64,000 nt of DNA from the NCBI GenBank assembly GCA_900546275.1, contig URCH01000006.1, positions 3,513 to 67,512 of the forward strand, written 5' to 3'. Under the pieces are notes generated by a model. It did not search any database. It saw only the letters and a list, made by a program, of their open reading frames with translations, and was not told the DNA's origin. Positions 1 through 9,497 of this stretch are shown piece after piece (within the stretch, counting starts at the first letter, position 1; the number at the start of each line of letters is the position of its first letter). The position numbers and the translations under genes were made by a program. Origin of the DNA: an uncultured Mycoplasmatota bacterium (GTDB taxonomy: Bacteria; Bacillota_I; Bacilli_A; RF39; UBA660).

Positions 1-966
1 TTTTGTTAGTGGAAATCTTTGAACATAGACTGATTTATCTGGATTAGAATGTTTTTGTCCTCTTGATTTTAATATTCTGTTTGCTTCATCCCATAATTCT
101 TCGCTAACTATTGGTGGTACATTCTCGTGATCCTCATACATTACCCAATTATCAGATTTTAATACTTTTCTTTTTTTAGTTCTAAAATCTAATGTAACAC
201 CTTTATTAGCACAATAGTATCCTTTATATTTTGGATTTCTTATAATATCTCTTATATTAGCAGGATGTATAGGTTTACCTTTTGCATTTGTATATCCATA
301 TTTATTATACAAATCAAAACTTAATTTTGTTGTTCCTACACCCTCATAAACATATAATTCAAATATTTTTCTAACTATTTCAGCTTGCTCTTCATCAATA
401 ACAAGTTTTCCATTATCTTTCTTATATCCTAAGATATTATTACTTCCTGCAACAACACCTTTTTCTATACTTCTTTGATAACCAAATCTAACTCTATCAG
501 ATAATTTTCTTATTTCTTCTTGTGCTAAACTAGACATAATTGTAAGTCTTAATTCGGCATCTGGATCACATGTATTAATGTTATCGCTTAAGAAATAAAC
601 ACAAACTCCATAGTTAAGTAAATCTCTAGTATATTGAATACTATCTAATGTGTTTCTTGCAAATCTCGATACTTCTTTAGTCAAGATTAAATCAAATTTT
701 CCAAATTTTGCATCTCTAATCATCCTTAAAAAACTATCTCTTTTATTAACAGACGCACCAGATATACCTTCATCAACATATCCTGGTATATATGTCCAAT
801 TAGTTTGTTCTTTAATAAGATTTTCAAAATACATAACTTGACTATCTAAAGAATTTAATTGTTCCTCTCTTTCTGTCGAAACTCTTGCATAATAAGTTAC
901 TTTTAGGGGCATATCGTAAATACTTCTACCTGAGCTAAGCATATTTCTCATGGTTAAAATTTCCAT
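1..966 (-). CDS. Large serine recombinase/integrase, N-terminal part (C-terminus runs off window start)
   Basis: Manual minus-strand translation from ATG at 966..964 after AGGAGG RBS gives MEILTMRNMLSSGRSIYDMPLKVTYYARVSTEREEQ..., the resolvase-type catalytic Ser motif (YxRVST). Not in ORF track because open at the edge. Confidence 0.75.
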   Translation of the reverse strand, partial: MEILTMRNMLSSGRSIYDMPLKVTYYARVSTEREEQLNSLDSQVMYFENLIKEQTNWTYIPGYVDEGISGASVNKRDSFLRMIRDAKFGKFDLILTKEVSRFARNTLDSIQYTRDLLNYGVCVYFLSDNINTCDPDAELRLTIMSSLAQEEIRKLSDRVRFGYQRSIEKGVVAGSNNILGYKKDNGKLVIDEEQAEIVRKIFELYVYEGVGTTKLSFDLYNKYGYTNAKGKPIHPANIRDIIRNPKYKGYYCANKGVTLDFRTKKRKVLKSDNWVMYEDHENVPPIVSEELWDEANRILKSRGQKHSNPDKSVYVQRFPLTK

Positions 967-1050
967 ACAATATACCTCCTAATAAGATGGTAGCACAAAT
1001 TTGCTAAATTTCAAAATCATTAAATTATTTTTCATATCTTACCCCTATTC

Positions 1051-1236
1051 TTATATCATTATATCTATTCCTATTGCTTCATCCATTTTTGTTTTATTAA
1101 AAGATTCTAATTTTTTATTATATTTATTAAATACATAACTGTACTCTGCGTCTGATATTTTTTTATTTTTATATAGTTCTTTAATTATTCCTAATTGAAT
1201 TCTTGTTATAAATTCACTTTCTTTAATTCCAGTCAT
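1051..1236 (-). CDS. Small SHOCT-like hypothetical protein (61 aa)
   Basis: ORF track; ISDAEYSYVFNKYNKKL resembles the short C-terminal SHOCT motif; sits between recombinase and T4CP. Confidence 0.3.
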   Translation of the reverse strand: MTGIKESEFITRIQLGIIKELYKNKKISDAEYSYVFNKYNKKLESFNKTKMDEAIGIDIMI

Positions 1237-1322
1237 GTTTTCCTCCCTTTTAATTCTATTTATTTGATACTAAATTTATTACATAAAAAAATTAAGGTTA
1301 TCCAAATTTTATGGATAACCTC

Positions 1323-3422
1323 TTATAACATTTTAGAATGAACTTCTAATTTCTTATTTTGTAAATCTAAATATACAACATATTTATCTTTAGGTATTTT
1401 CCCTTTTAATGTCATTAATTTTCCATTAGGAACTTCAGTAAATTTGATTTCAATATATAATTGATTATTTATACTTTTATATTCTAGTTCATAAACATTT
1501 TTAGGAAATAATTCATCTAATATTTTAATAAATGATTCAAATTTTATTTTTTGCATTTCAGCTAATTCTTTAAAAAATTCTTCATTTTCTTCATTTTGTC
1601 TGTTTCTATCTCTCATTCTTCCTCTACTAGTTTTATATTCATATTTTATATCTTCCACAGTAAAATAAGTATTGGTTAAATCTTTTAGATTATGTTTTTC
1701 CCTTTCAATTTCTCCATCTTTATAACAACTAAATTTATTATACATTACAGTATCTCTAAATATAGGATATCCTGTAATAGGAAAAATAATTGTTTTATAA
1801 TGAAGTTGTTTAACTTCATCTGGTGTTAACAAATCTCTAGCCATTAATGAAGTAGATTTATTTCCATTATAATCCATTAAACTAATAGATTGACTTATAC
1901 TACTTGATTCAATTGTTTTTTTACCTAATCTTTTTGAAATTGCTTCAGCTGTTTCTTGAGTATTTGTTTTTAGATATACCAAGCCACAGTTATCTAAAAT
2001 AATTTGTGCTACATCTTTTCCATATACATTATCTAATTGAGCAAAAGATTGAATAAAAAATTGAAATCTCATACCTCTTGATCTAGCAACTGATACCATT
2101 GCTTCTATATCAGCAAGTGGTGGACAGTTTGCAAATTCATCCAACAACCAATCAATTTGTACTTTTAATCTTTTTTCTTTTCTTGAATTAGCAAGTTTTA
2201 CTAATTCTTTGTATAGCAAACCTACGATTATTGTTACTAAAGTAAAATAAGTTTTATCTTCATCAGGAACTATTACATATAATGCTGTTTTTTCTTTTCC
2301 TAAGCAATCAAATTCAAAATTACTTTCACTTGTAACATTAGCAACATTTATGTCATCGAATAATGCCATTTTCTCTCCAAAAACTGCAGTAATAGATTTT
2401 AAAGTATTTTCTGAAGCACTTAGTATTGATGTTAAACTATCTTTAGATTTTGTTCCATATGGTTTAGTTTCAATATAACTTTTAAATTTTTTCGAATTTT
2501 CATCACCCATTGAACTATTTTGAAATTTTCTTATACTAGTCATTGTAATCTGTTCTTCTTTTATATTTCCTAATTTAAATTCTTCTAAAAAGAAACCGAT
2601 TAATCCTTCTAATAATTGTCTTGCAGAATTATTCCAAAATGGATCTTTTTGTTGAACTTTTTCCTGAGTTATCATTTGTGATAATGAAGTAATTAATCTA
2701 TTTGTTTCAGCATAATGCGATAAGGCTAAATTATTTAAATTAAACATTTTATTTTTATATTCATCAATTAAATTATTATTTTTTTCAATTTCATTATTAT
2801 ATGATTCTTTTTTTGTTTTTCTTGTTCTAGGTATATTAATTTTATTTTTTAACTCAGTATTTAAGTTATTTAATTCATCTATTTTCTTTTCTAAATTTGT
2901 CTTATCATTATCATATTTTATATATTGTTTATATTCATTTATTATCGGTTGTAATATATTAAATTTATTAGATAATTCTGGATGTCTAAAATCAATCGTT
3001 ATAATTTTATAACCTTTATCTTTAAACATTTTACTTGTTTTATTAAATATTTCGCCCTTTGGATCCGTTATAAAAACACTTCTTTCTTCTTTTGCATTTG
3101 CAATAAAAGAACAAGTTGGTATAACTGCAGTTACAGATTTTCCTGAGCCAGTAGAACCAAGATAAACATAATGAGGTGTTTCTCTATCAAACCATATTGT
3201 TTTATAATCTTTACTATACCATATTGGAAAACCTGCTTTATTAATATTTGATATTGATTCCTTTTTAAAATCTCTTCTTATTTCTTTAAAATTAGCAAAT
3301 CTTGCACTACCATGTTCGTTATTATTTTTAATTTTATTTTTAGCTAACATTGGTTCTATATACAAAAAAAATAATAGAAATATTGCTATTATTATTAATA
3401 TAATTATATAAGTTATTGGCAT
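1323..3422 (-). CDS. Type IV secretion coupling protein (VirD4/TraG/ConQ-like T4CP)
   Basis: N-terminal TM segment, Walker A GSTGSGKS, Walker B-like IDWLLDEFANCPP, 699 aa, overall TraG/VirD4 architecture. Confidence 0.75.
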   Translation of the reverse strand: MPITYIIILIIIAIFLLFFLYIEPMLAKNKIKNNNEHGSARFANFKEIRRDFKKESISNINKAGFPIWYSKDYKTIWFDRETPHYVYLGSTGSGKSVTAVIPTCSFIANAKEERSVFITDPKGEIFNKTSKMFKDKGYKIITIDFRHPELSNKFNILQPIINEYKQYIKYDNDKTNLEKKIDELNNLNTELKNKINIPRTRKTKKESYNNEIEKNNNLIDEYKNKMFNLNNLALSHYAETNRLITSLSQMITQEKVQQKDPFWNNSARQLLEGLIGFFLEEFKLGNIKEEQITMTSIRKFQNSSMGDENSKKFKSYIETKPYGTKSKDSLTSILSASENTLKSITAVFGEKMALFDDINVANVTSESNFEFDCLGKEKTALYVIVPDEDKTYFTLVTIIVGLLYKELVKLANSRKEKRLKVQIDWLLDEFANCPPLADIEAMVSVARSRGMRFQFFIQSFAQLDNVYGKDVAQIILDNCGLVYLKTNTQETAEAISKRLGKKTIESSSISQSISLMDYNGNKSTSLMARDLLTPDEVKQLHYKTIIFPITGYPIFRDTVMYNKFSCYKDGEIEREKHNLKDLTNTYFTVEDIKYEYKTSRGRMRDRNRQNEENEEFFKELAEMQKIKFESFIKILDELFPKNVYELEYKSINNQLYIEIKFTEVPNGKLMTLKGKIPKDKYVVYLDLQNKKLEVHSKML

Positions 3423-3431
3423 AATAATCTC

Positions 3432-3884
3432 CTACATTTCAATTTCTTCTTTTATTAAATCTCTACAATAATCATTTATTGAATCTAATCTATCATTACA
3501 ACTTAAATGTTCAATGTAATTTTCTAAATCTAATAGTTTTTCCTCACTTAAATCAATTTCATTATTTCTTAAATAGTTATATGCATAATATTTTAAAATG
3601 TCATCTTGTACTTCATATAATTTTTCTTCATTATAATTACCTTGTGCTATTTTAATTTGTTGTACTATTCCACCACATACACCATATTCTTTTTGTACTT
3701 CATCTATATACCATGTATTATTTTTAGCCCAATCAAATAAATCAGAAAAATAAATATCAACATTTGAATCAGCAATGTCCGAAAATACATCACATATAAA
3801 TCCACTATCATAATTTGTTATACATTCTCCATAGGAATCTGAAATATTTCTTTCATAAATATTTAATTCATCAGAATACATCAT
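3432..3884 (-). CDS. Hypothetical acidic protein (150 aa), ICE accessory; possibly anti-restriction-like
   Basis: ORF track; highly acidic D/E/Y-rich, directly downstream of T4CP in same operon-like array. No confident family match by eye. Confidence 0.35.
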   Translation of the reverse strand: MMYSDELNIYERNISDSYGECITNYDSGFICDVFSDIADSNVDIYFSDLFDWAKNNTWYIDEVQKEYGVCGGIVQQIKIAQGNYNEEKLYEVQDDILKYYAYNYLRNNEIDLSEEKLLDLENYIEHLSCNDRLDSINDYCRDLIKEEIEM

Positions 3885-3885
3885 A

Positions 3886-4320
3886 TTATTTCTCCAAATT
3901 ATCGTTTACTTTCATTAAATCCATTATATATTCATCTTCAAATTCTCTTAAAACAGATGGAAATTCTAAATGATTTTCTTTTTCAGAATCGCTATCATAA
4001 TATTTTTCTTCATAGTCATCATAATCTTCGCCTAAACGTGCAAATCTATATGAATAATCATTTTCTTCTAAATATTTTAATCCATAAACAATTGCATTAA
4101 CATCTTCATAATCATACCATTTTATATCATTCCATCCTAAATATACTGAATCACTATTAACAGCTCTTATATCAAAATTGTTTAATAAGTTCCCATATCC
4201 CCAATTCTTTTCAAATAAATAATTATCTGTATATTTTTTTAATTCATTATAACCTTTTTTTGAAATCATAATTCTAACATCAGATCTATATCCCATTAAT
4301 TTTCCTCCTTTTATAAACAA
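3886..4320 (-). CDS. Hypothetical acidic protein (144 aa)
   Basis: ORF track; 2-nt gap to upstream ORF, acidic C-terminus (EDYDDYEEKYYDSDSE). Confidence 0.35.
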   Translation of the reverse strand: MFIKGGKLMGYRSDVRIMISKKGYNELKKYTDNYLFEKNWGYGNLLNNFDIRAVNSDSVYLGWNDIKWYDYEDVNAIVYGLKYLEENDYSYRFARLGEDYDDYEEKYYDSDSEKENHLEFPSVLREFEDEYIMDLMKVNDNLEK

Positions 4321-4700
4321 AACTCTTCATCTTTTTTTTCTTTAGGTAAAATTACTTCTATCATTTCATTTTCCATATATTCAAATGGTTTAAATTCACT
4401 TGGATTTATTCCATCAGCATAATAATAACTTAATGGAAAAAATTCATATTGAGAATCATTTGTTTCCTTGTATTCATTTGTATCTAAATCATAAGACATA
4501 TATTCTTTTCCATCTGGTGATTCTAAATAACCAGAACCATCATTATATTTATGCCAATACCAACCTCTCCCCAACTTTTCTGAAGGCACTATTTTTTCTT
4601 CAAAGTCATCATAATCTTCTACTATTACTGTATTTTCTGCTTCATTATAGATTTTATTTTTATTTTCTAAGTTCAAAATATCATCTCCTTTTTTAACCAA
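4311..4700 (-). CDS. Hypothetical acidic protein (129 aa)
   Basis: ORF track; overlaps next ORF by 10 nt (operon-like); W/Y/D/E-rich. Confidence 0.35.
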   Translation of the reverse strand: MVKKGDDILNLENKNKIYNEAENTVIVEDYDDFEEKIVPSEKLGRGWYWHKYNDGSGYLESPDGKEYMSYDLDTNEYKETNDSQYEFFPLSYYYADGINPSEFKPFEYMENEMIEVILPKEKKDEEFCL

Positions 4701-4727
4701 TAAAAAAAGACCAACTTTTTGTTGATC
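4700..4727 (-). terminator. Putative rho-independent terminator (minus strand)
   Basis: GACCAAC-ttttt-GTTGaTC imperfect hairpin preceded on plus strand by A7 (T-run on minus) just after the 70-aa membrane ORF. Confidence 0.35.
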
Positions 4728-4748
4728 AATTCGATAAATTGTAATTTA

Positions 4749-4961
4749 TTATTTAATTTTCTTTTTATTTATAAACGCAACAATTGAAATTAACAATCCT
4801 GCAACAACAAGAAAAAAAGCGATTAATCTAACTAAAACAACTTTTGTTGGAATATCTCCAAAATGATACCAACTCATTAATTCAAAAAATACAAAAGTTA
4901 TTAATAATGATAATACTACTGCTATAAAATATAAAATATTCTTTTTCATATAAATCTCCAT
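4749..4961 (-). CDS. Small two-TM membrane protein (70 aa)
   Basis: ORF track; two hydrophobic helices. Confidence 0.35.
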   Translation of the reverse strand: MEIYMKKNILYFIAVVLSLLITFVFFELMSWYHFGDIPTKVVLVRLIAFFLVVAGLLISIVAFINKKKIK

Positions 4962-5080
4962 TTCAAATTACTATTTTTTACTTTGTTTACACTATATATT
5001 ATATCATGAAAAAAAGCAAATCATTTTAATGACTTGCTCAACAAGTTATAATTTTTATTTATCTAATTTTATTATATCGT

Positions 5081-6601
5081 TTACATCATTGGAGCAAATA
5101 ATCTTAAAATAGCTTGCCATAATCCTTTAAATAAACCAGTTTTAGATTCTTTTTCCTCTACTTTATGTGATTCTTTAAAGGAATCCTCAAAATCTTTTTT
5201 GATATCTTTTATTACATTTGTATCCTTCATATAAATACCACACTCAAAATGTAAATATAAACTTCTATAATCTAAGTTTATTGTCCCTACAGTTGCTATT
5301 TCATCATCGGATAAAAATACTTTGCTATGTACAAAACCATTCGTATAAGTATATATTTTTACTCCACCTTTAATTAATGTATAAAAATAAGAAGAGGTTA
5401 AATCATATACAATTTTTTTATCGGGTATTCCAGGAACAATAATTCTAACATCTACTCCTCTTCTTGCAGCTAAGATTAAACTATTTATCATATCTGTATC
5501 AATAATTAAATAAGGTGTATAAATATAAACATACTTTTTCGCTTGACCAATAATATTTAGATAAATATCTTCCCCGGTTATAACATCATCTAATGGACTT
5601 TCCCCATAAGGTACAACGAAACCATTTTCCTTATACTTTTCTTTAAAATTATATTTGTATTTATTATAATCATTATCTTCTTTTTTAAATGAATTCCACA
5701 TTTCTAGAAACATAACAGTAAAATTCCAAACAGCTTCACCTTTTATCCTAATTCCATTATCTTTCCATACTCCTAATTTACTATTTAGATTTATATATTC
5801 ATCTGAAATATTAATTCCACCAGAAAAAGCAGTATGTCCATCAATTATCATTATTTTTCGATGATCTCTATTATTCATAATAATACCTGCAAATGGCGAT
5901 AATTTATTAAATTGCATACATTTTATTCCATATTTTTCCAGTAATTTTGGATAATTACTAGGTAGCATAGCAAAAGAACCCATATCATCATATAATACTC
6001 TTACATCTAGTCCTGAATTTGCTTTTTCTTTTAATATATCTAAAATTCCTTGCCACATAGTACCATTATTAATAATGAAATATTCTATAAAAATAAATTT
6101 TTTGGCTTTTTTTAGTTCTTCTAACATAACAGGATAAACGTCATCCCCAAGAGAATAATAGTTTATCTCATTGTTTTTCGTTACAGGAAATCCTGAAAAT
6201 TCACTTATATATTTTAATTGTCCTAAATTTTTAGTATCTATTTCTTTTTTTATAAATTCATCTTGTATTAAGTATTTTTGACCGTTTTCTATATTTTCAT
6301 TAATACTCTTTAAAACTTTACTTCTTTTCATATTATTACTAAGTATGATATATAGAAGTGTTCCAATTAATGGAAAAAGCATAATCAGTAATATCCATAT
6401 TAAATCGCTACTTAATCTTTTACTATACTTGATAATCATTAAAACAATTATAATACTAAGTAAACCATAAACTACTTGAATAATACTTATAAATTCTCCA
6501 AATTTTAAATATATAAATAATGTTAATAGGATTTGTATTAATAAACCTATAGCTACAACAATTCCTCTTTTTACTGCCATCCACATATTTTTTCTCCTCA
6601 T
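5081..6601 (-). CDS. cls: Cardiolipin synthase (PLD superfamily)
   Basis: Two N-terminal TM helices; two HKD motifs (HRKIMIIDG..., HSKVFLSDDE); 506 aa. Confidence 0.85.
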   Translation of the reverse strand: MRRKNMWMAVKRGIVVAIGLLIQILLTLFIYLKFGEFISIIQVVYGLLSIIIVLMIIKYSKRLSSDLIWILLIMLFPLIGTLLYIILSNNMKRSKVLKSINENIENGQKYLIQDEFIKKEIDTKNLGQLKYISEFSGFPVTKNNEINYYSLGDDVYPVMLEELKKAKKFIFIEYFIINNGTMWQGILDILKEKANSGLDVRVLYDDMGSFAMLPSNYPKLLEKYGIKCMQFNKLSPFAGIIMNNRDHRKIMIIDGHTAFSGGINISDEYINLNSKLGVWKDNGIRIKGEAVWNFTVMFLEMWNSFKKEDNDYNKYKYNFKEKYKENGFVVPYGESPLDDVITGEDIYLNIIGQAKKYVYIYTPYLIIDTDMINSLILAARRGVDVRIIVPGIPDKKIVYDLTSSYFYTLIKGGVKIYTYTNGFVHSKVFLSDDEIATVGTINLDYRSLYLHFECGIYMKDTNVIKDIKKDFEDSFKESHKVEEKESKTGLFKGLWQAILRLFAPMM

Positions 6602-6650
6602 ACTAATTCATTTTTATATGTAATACTTTTATCTGCTTTATAAATAAACA

Positions 6651-7625
6651 TTAATTTTGAGTTCTTATCTGTTCTTCCTTTATCAAAGGATAACGAATAA
6701 GTACATTACTATCTAGATTTTCTTTGTGCATATCAACTGCTGTTATTTGATGATTATCATATGTTGTATAATAATAAATTCCCTTATTTACATTACAGCA
6801 AGATGTATAAATTGTTATTTCAAATTTATCATCACCTAAATCACAACATCCTCTTTGTTGATCAACGCTACCTAAAATGTGAAAAAATTGACTAACACTT
6901 GATTTTTCATCTTCTTTAGAAAAAGAATTTAATTTAGTATACGCTACTCTTATGAATCTTGATTGCGATGATAAATCACCTGGTAGACCTATTGCTCCCA
7001 TTCCTCTACTATATAAACTTAGATCTAATTCTTTACTAAATTTATTCTCTGGAGATTTAGGTGATAAATACATATAATTATTTAAGGCAAACATTTGCTT
7101 ATCAAAAGATGGATTATTAGTTAATACCCCTACTGGATTATCATATATTTTTATTCCATCAATAACAGACTCTACAGTTATTGATTGTGTGCTATCGGAA
7201 ATAATCCAATGTAAGCTAGCTAATGGTAATTTATCACTAAATGGAGTATTTAACACATTCATTTTTTCAATCAAATTTCTAGCTTCTTTTACATTTGAAC
7301 ATTGGCTTAAAATCCATGGTATCAGTTCAAATTGAGCAACATTATCTTTTCCTTCCTGTTTTTCTTTATAATGAGCATTTCCAACAAAATTTAATCCTGC
7401 TATTGCTAATCCTTTTTCGTTTATTGCATCGTAATATAATGGATAATCTTCAGTAACAAATGCCATTCCAATTATCGCATAATGACTCTTAATGTCATCT
7501 ACTTCTCTAAATTTAAATTCAAAGTTTCTTGGTGTTATTGTTACTTCATCTCCATATGAAAATTCATAATCCAATGTTCTTCCAAAATAAAAATCTTTCG
7601 TTTTATAAGTTGCTGCTGTACACAT
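6651..7625 (-). CDS. Choloylglycine hydrolase / penicillin V acylase family Ntn-hydrolase (bile salt hydrolase-like)
   Basis: Starts MCTA (Cys2 nucleophile after Met removal), 324 aa, typical BSH/PVA conserved blocks. Confidence 0.8.
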   Translation of the reverse strand: MCTAATYKTKDFYFGRTLDYEFSYGDEVTITPRNFEFKFREVDDIKSHYAIIGMAFVTEDYPLYYDAINEKGLAIAGLNFVGNAHYKEKQEGKDNVAQFELIPWILSQCSNVKEARNLIEKMNVLNTPFSDKLPLASLHWIISDSTQSITVESVIDGIKIYDNPVGVLTNNPSFDKQMFALNNYMYLSPKSPENKFSKELDLSLYSRGMGAIGLPGDLSSQSRFIRVAYTKLNSFSKEDEKSSVSQFFHILGSVDQQRGCCDLGDDKFEITIYTSCCNVNKGIYYYTTYDNHQITAVDMHKENLDSNVLIRYPLIKEEQIRTQN

Positions 7626-7918
7626 TTTCTTTTCCTTCTTTCTAATACTATTTCTTATCTTTTATACAACATAAAAGACTAATTTTTCATCTGCTTATTA
7701 GTTCGCAATATCCAAATATTACGATGTCATATTTAATTGTTATTAATTAATATTCTTTGATCTTGATATAATTTGTTACCTAATATTTCTACATTATACC
7801 CAACGAATGCCTTTGATGCTTCTTCATCATTTCTTTACTCCATTCTAAACAACAAATTACTATTTTTCTGTTAGTTATATTATAGCACAATTTAATTGAA
7901 ATCTTTTTTATAAAATGT

Positions 7919-8167
7919 TTAGTCATTAATTTTTATATCAATTACATCATCTAAAATTATTTTCTTATTATCAGTAAATTTTATAAATCTATTTATATAA
8001 TCTATTCTTTTTACATTTCCTTTTTCAGTAATATATTTACCACCATCTTTTTTTACATCAGGTATAAAATATGTTATTTCAACTACTGGATTATTTTTTA
8101 TTAATTCATTTATCTTATTTAATTTATAATTTATTTTTTCTTTCAATTCATCATCTAGAGAAATCAA
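7919..8167 (-). CDS. Hypothetical 82-aa protein, possibly YolD-like
   Basis: ORF track; pattern VxIxYF...GxIKRID...ILDDVIDI resembles YolD-like (UmuD-analog) family from memory; weak. Confidence 0.3.
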   Translation of the reverse strand: MISLDDELKEKINYKLNKINELIKNNPVVEITYFIPDVKKDGGKYITEKGNVKRIDYINRFIKFTDNKKIILDDVIDIKIND

Positions 8168-8236
8168 TCTTATGTTACACTTTTAATATAAAAGTCCTTT
8201 ATTGCTTATCTATTACACATAAAAAGGTATTATGTT

Positions 8237-9404
8237 TGTCAAGACTGACGAAGCCATTCATTTTAGTCTTGATAAATTTAATATCCTTTTTATATACTCT
8301 TTTAAGCATTAAGGAAATTAAGTTTATATTCTTCTACTATTTGATTTGGATTTTTAAATCCCAATACTTTCTTAGCTATATTATTATATCTTGAATTATA
8401 TCTCTTTAATTTCTTTTTTAAATCCTCTACTGAGGTAAATTTATTTCTACTATAAAATCTTTCTCCATCTATTTTATGACTTCTTTCAACTTTCCCGTTT
8501 TGCCATGGAGAATATGGTCTAGTTCTTCTGTGATTCATTCCTAACTCTTCTAAAGTTAATTCAAATAATGTTGGTAAATTAGTTTCTAATTGATTATTTA
8601 CAAATTCAGGACCATTATCAGTTTGAATTGTATTTATTTTTAATCCCATTTTTTCTTCTAATGTTCTCATAAATCTACTTGTATTTGTTACACTTTTCTC
8701 ATCAACTATCTCTAATATTCTTTTTCTTGAAAACTCATCAATTGCCGTTATTTGATAGTACTTTTTATCCATTGTATCAAATATTAAACATTCTTTAGGA
8801 ACATATTTTATATCAACTTGAACTTTATCACCAGGATATTCACCACGAATTTCTTCATGTTTTGTATATCCTTTTCTTAATCTTACTTTTTCTTTAGGTA
8901 ATTTACTAATTTGTTTGATCATTGAACCATAACTTCTTGTATATCCTCTTTTCTTCGCTTGAACATACACTTCAGCTAATCCATCTTTTCCATATTGAGA
9001 TTTCATTTTCTTTATTAATTCTAATTCTTCAGTAGTATGTGCATTAGGATGAGAATGTGGTTTTCTTGATTTTAGTGCTAAACTTCTTAATGTTCCATCA
9101 TACTTTTCTAACTGTCTATATACAAATTGTCTGTTAGTGTGATATTTTCTAGCAGCATTAGTTACACCATTTTTTAAAGCAAATTCACATAATTTCTTCC
9201 TAAATCTCATTTCTTCTGTTATAATCTTCATTGATACCACTCTTTCGTATAATTTTTTCGTTCAACTTAATTATACCAGAGGGTATCTTTTTTTATTTAA
9301 AATTTTGTAACATATGTATTATAACTCAACATTTTATTAAAAATGAACATTTATCTCTTTCGTCAAGATGTCCACTTTACTACATTTTATCACTTGACAG
9401 CGGA
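8237..9404 (-). mobile_element. Putative IS element (boundaries approximate)
   Basis: Transposase flanked by hairpin-forming sequences sharing TGTCAAG/CTTGAC cores at ~8238-8272 and ~9361-9400. No clean long terminal IR identified by eye. Confidence 0.3.
8302..9240 (-). CDS. DDE (rve/integrase-core) IS transposase, IS481/IS3-like
   Basis: N-terminal HTH, DDE triad candidates (VQVDIKY, IQTDNGPEF, WQNGKVERSH), C-terminal YNxxRxxxxL-like tail; 312 aa. Confidence 0.8.
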   Translation of the reverse strand: MVSMKIITEEMRFRKKLCEFALKNGVTNAARKYHTNRQFVYRQLEKYDGTLRSLALKSRKPHSHPNAHTTEELELIKKMKSQYGKDGLAEVYVQAKKRGYTRSYGSMIKQISKLPKEKVRLRKGYTKHEEIRGEYPGDKVQVDIKYVPKECLIFDTMDKKYYQITAIDEFSRKRILEIVDEKSVTNTSRFMRTLEEKMGLKINTIQTDNGPEFVNNQLETNLPTLFELTLEELGMNHRRTRPYSPWQNGKVERSHKIDGERFYSRNKFTSVEDLKKKLKRYNSRYNNIAKKVLGFKNPNQIVEEYKLNFLNA

Positions 9405-9418
9405 TATTCAAGGATATT

Positions 9419-9460
9419 GTGGCTCAAAAGTGGCTCAAAAGTGGCTCAAAAGTGGCTCAA
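9419..9460. repeat. 11-bp tandem repeat GTGGCTCAAAA x ~3.8
   Basis: Directly read: gtggctcaaaa gtggctcaaaa gtggctcaaaa gtggctcaa; relatively GC-rich for this genome; abuts the IS right end. Confidence 0.9.
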
Positions 9461-9497
9461 TATAATATTTTTTCTTTAAAAATCAATAAAAAACACA

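Noticed and set aside
650-841. 63-aa plus-strand ORF
   Set aside because: Lies inside the minus-strand serine recombinase reading frame identified by manual translation.
7626-7918. Checked 290-nt intergenic region for tRNA/ncRNA or small ORF
   Set aside because: No GC-rich cloverleaf-like segments. Only a 14-codon minus-strand ORF. Treated as promoter/leader of the BSH-like gene.
8071-8394. 107-aa plus-strand ORF spanning IS left flank
   Set aside because: Overlaps the transposase 3' end and the 82-aa minus ORF in antisense. Hydrophobic low-complexity translation, no RBS.
9419-9460. Considered CRISPR array
   Set aside because: Units are 11 bp and directly tandem with no spacers. Not CRISPR.
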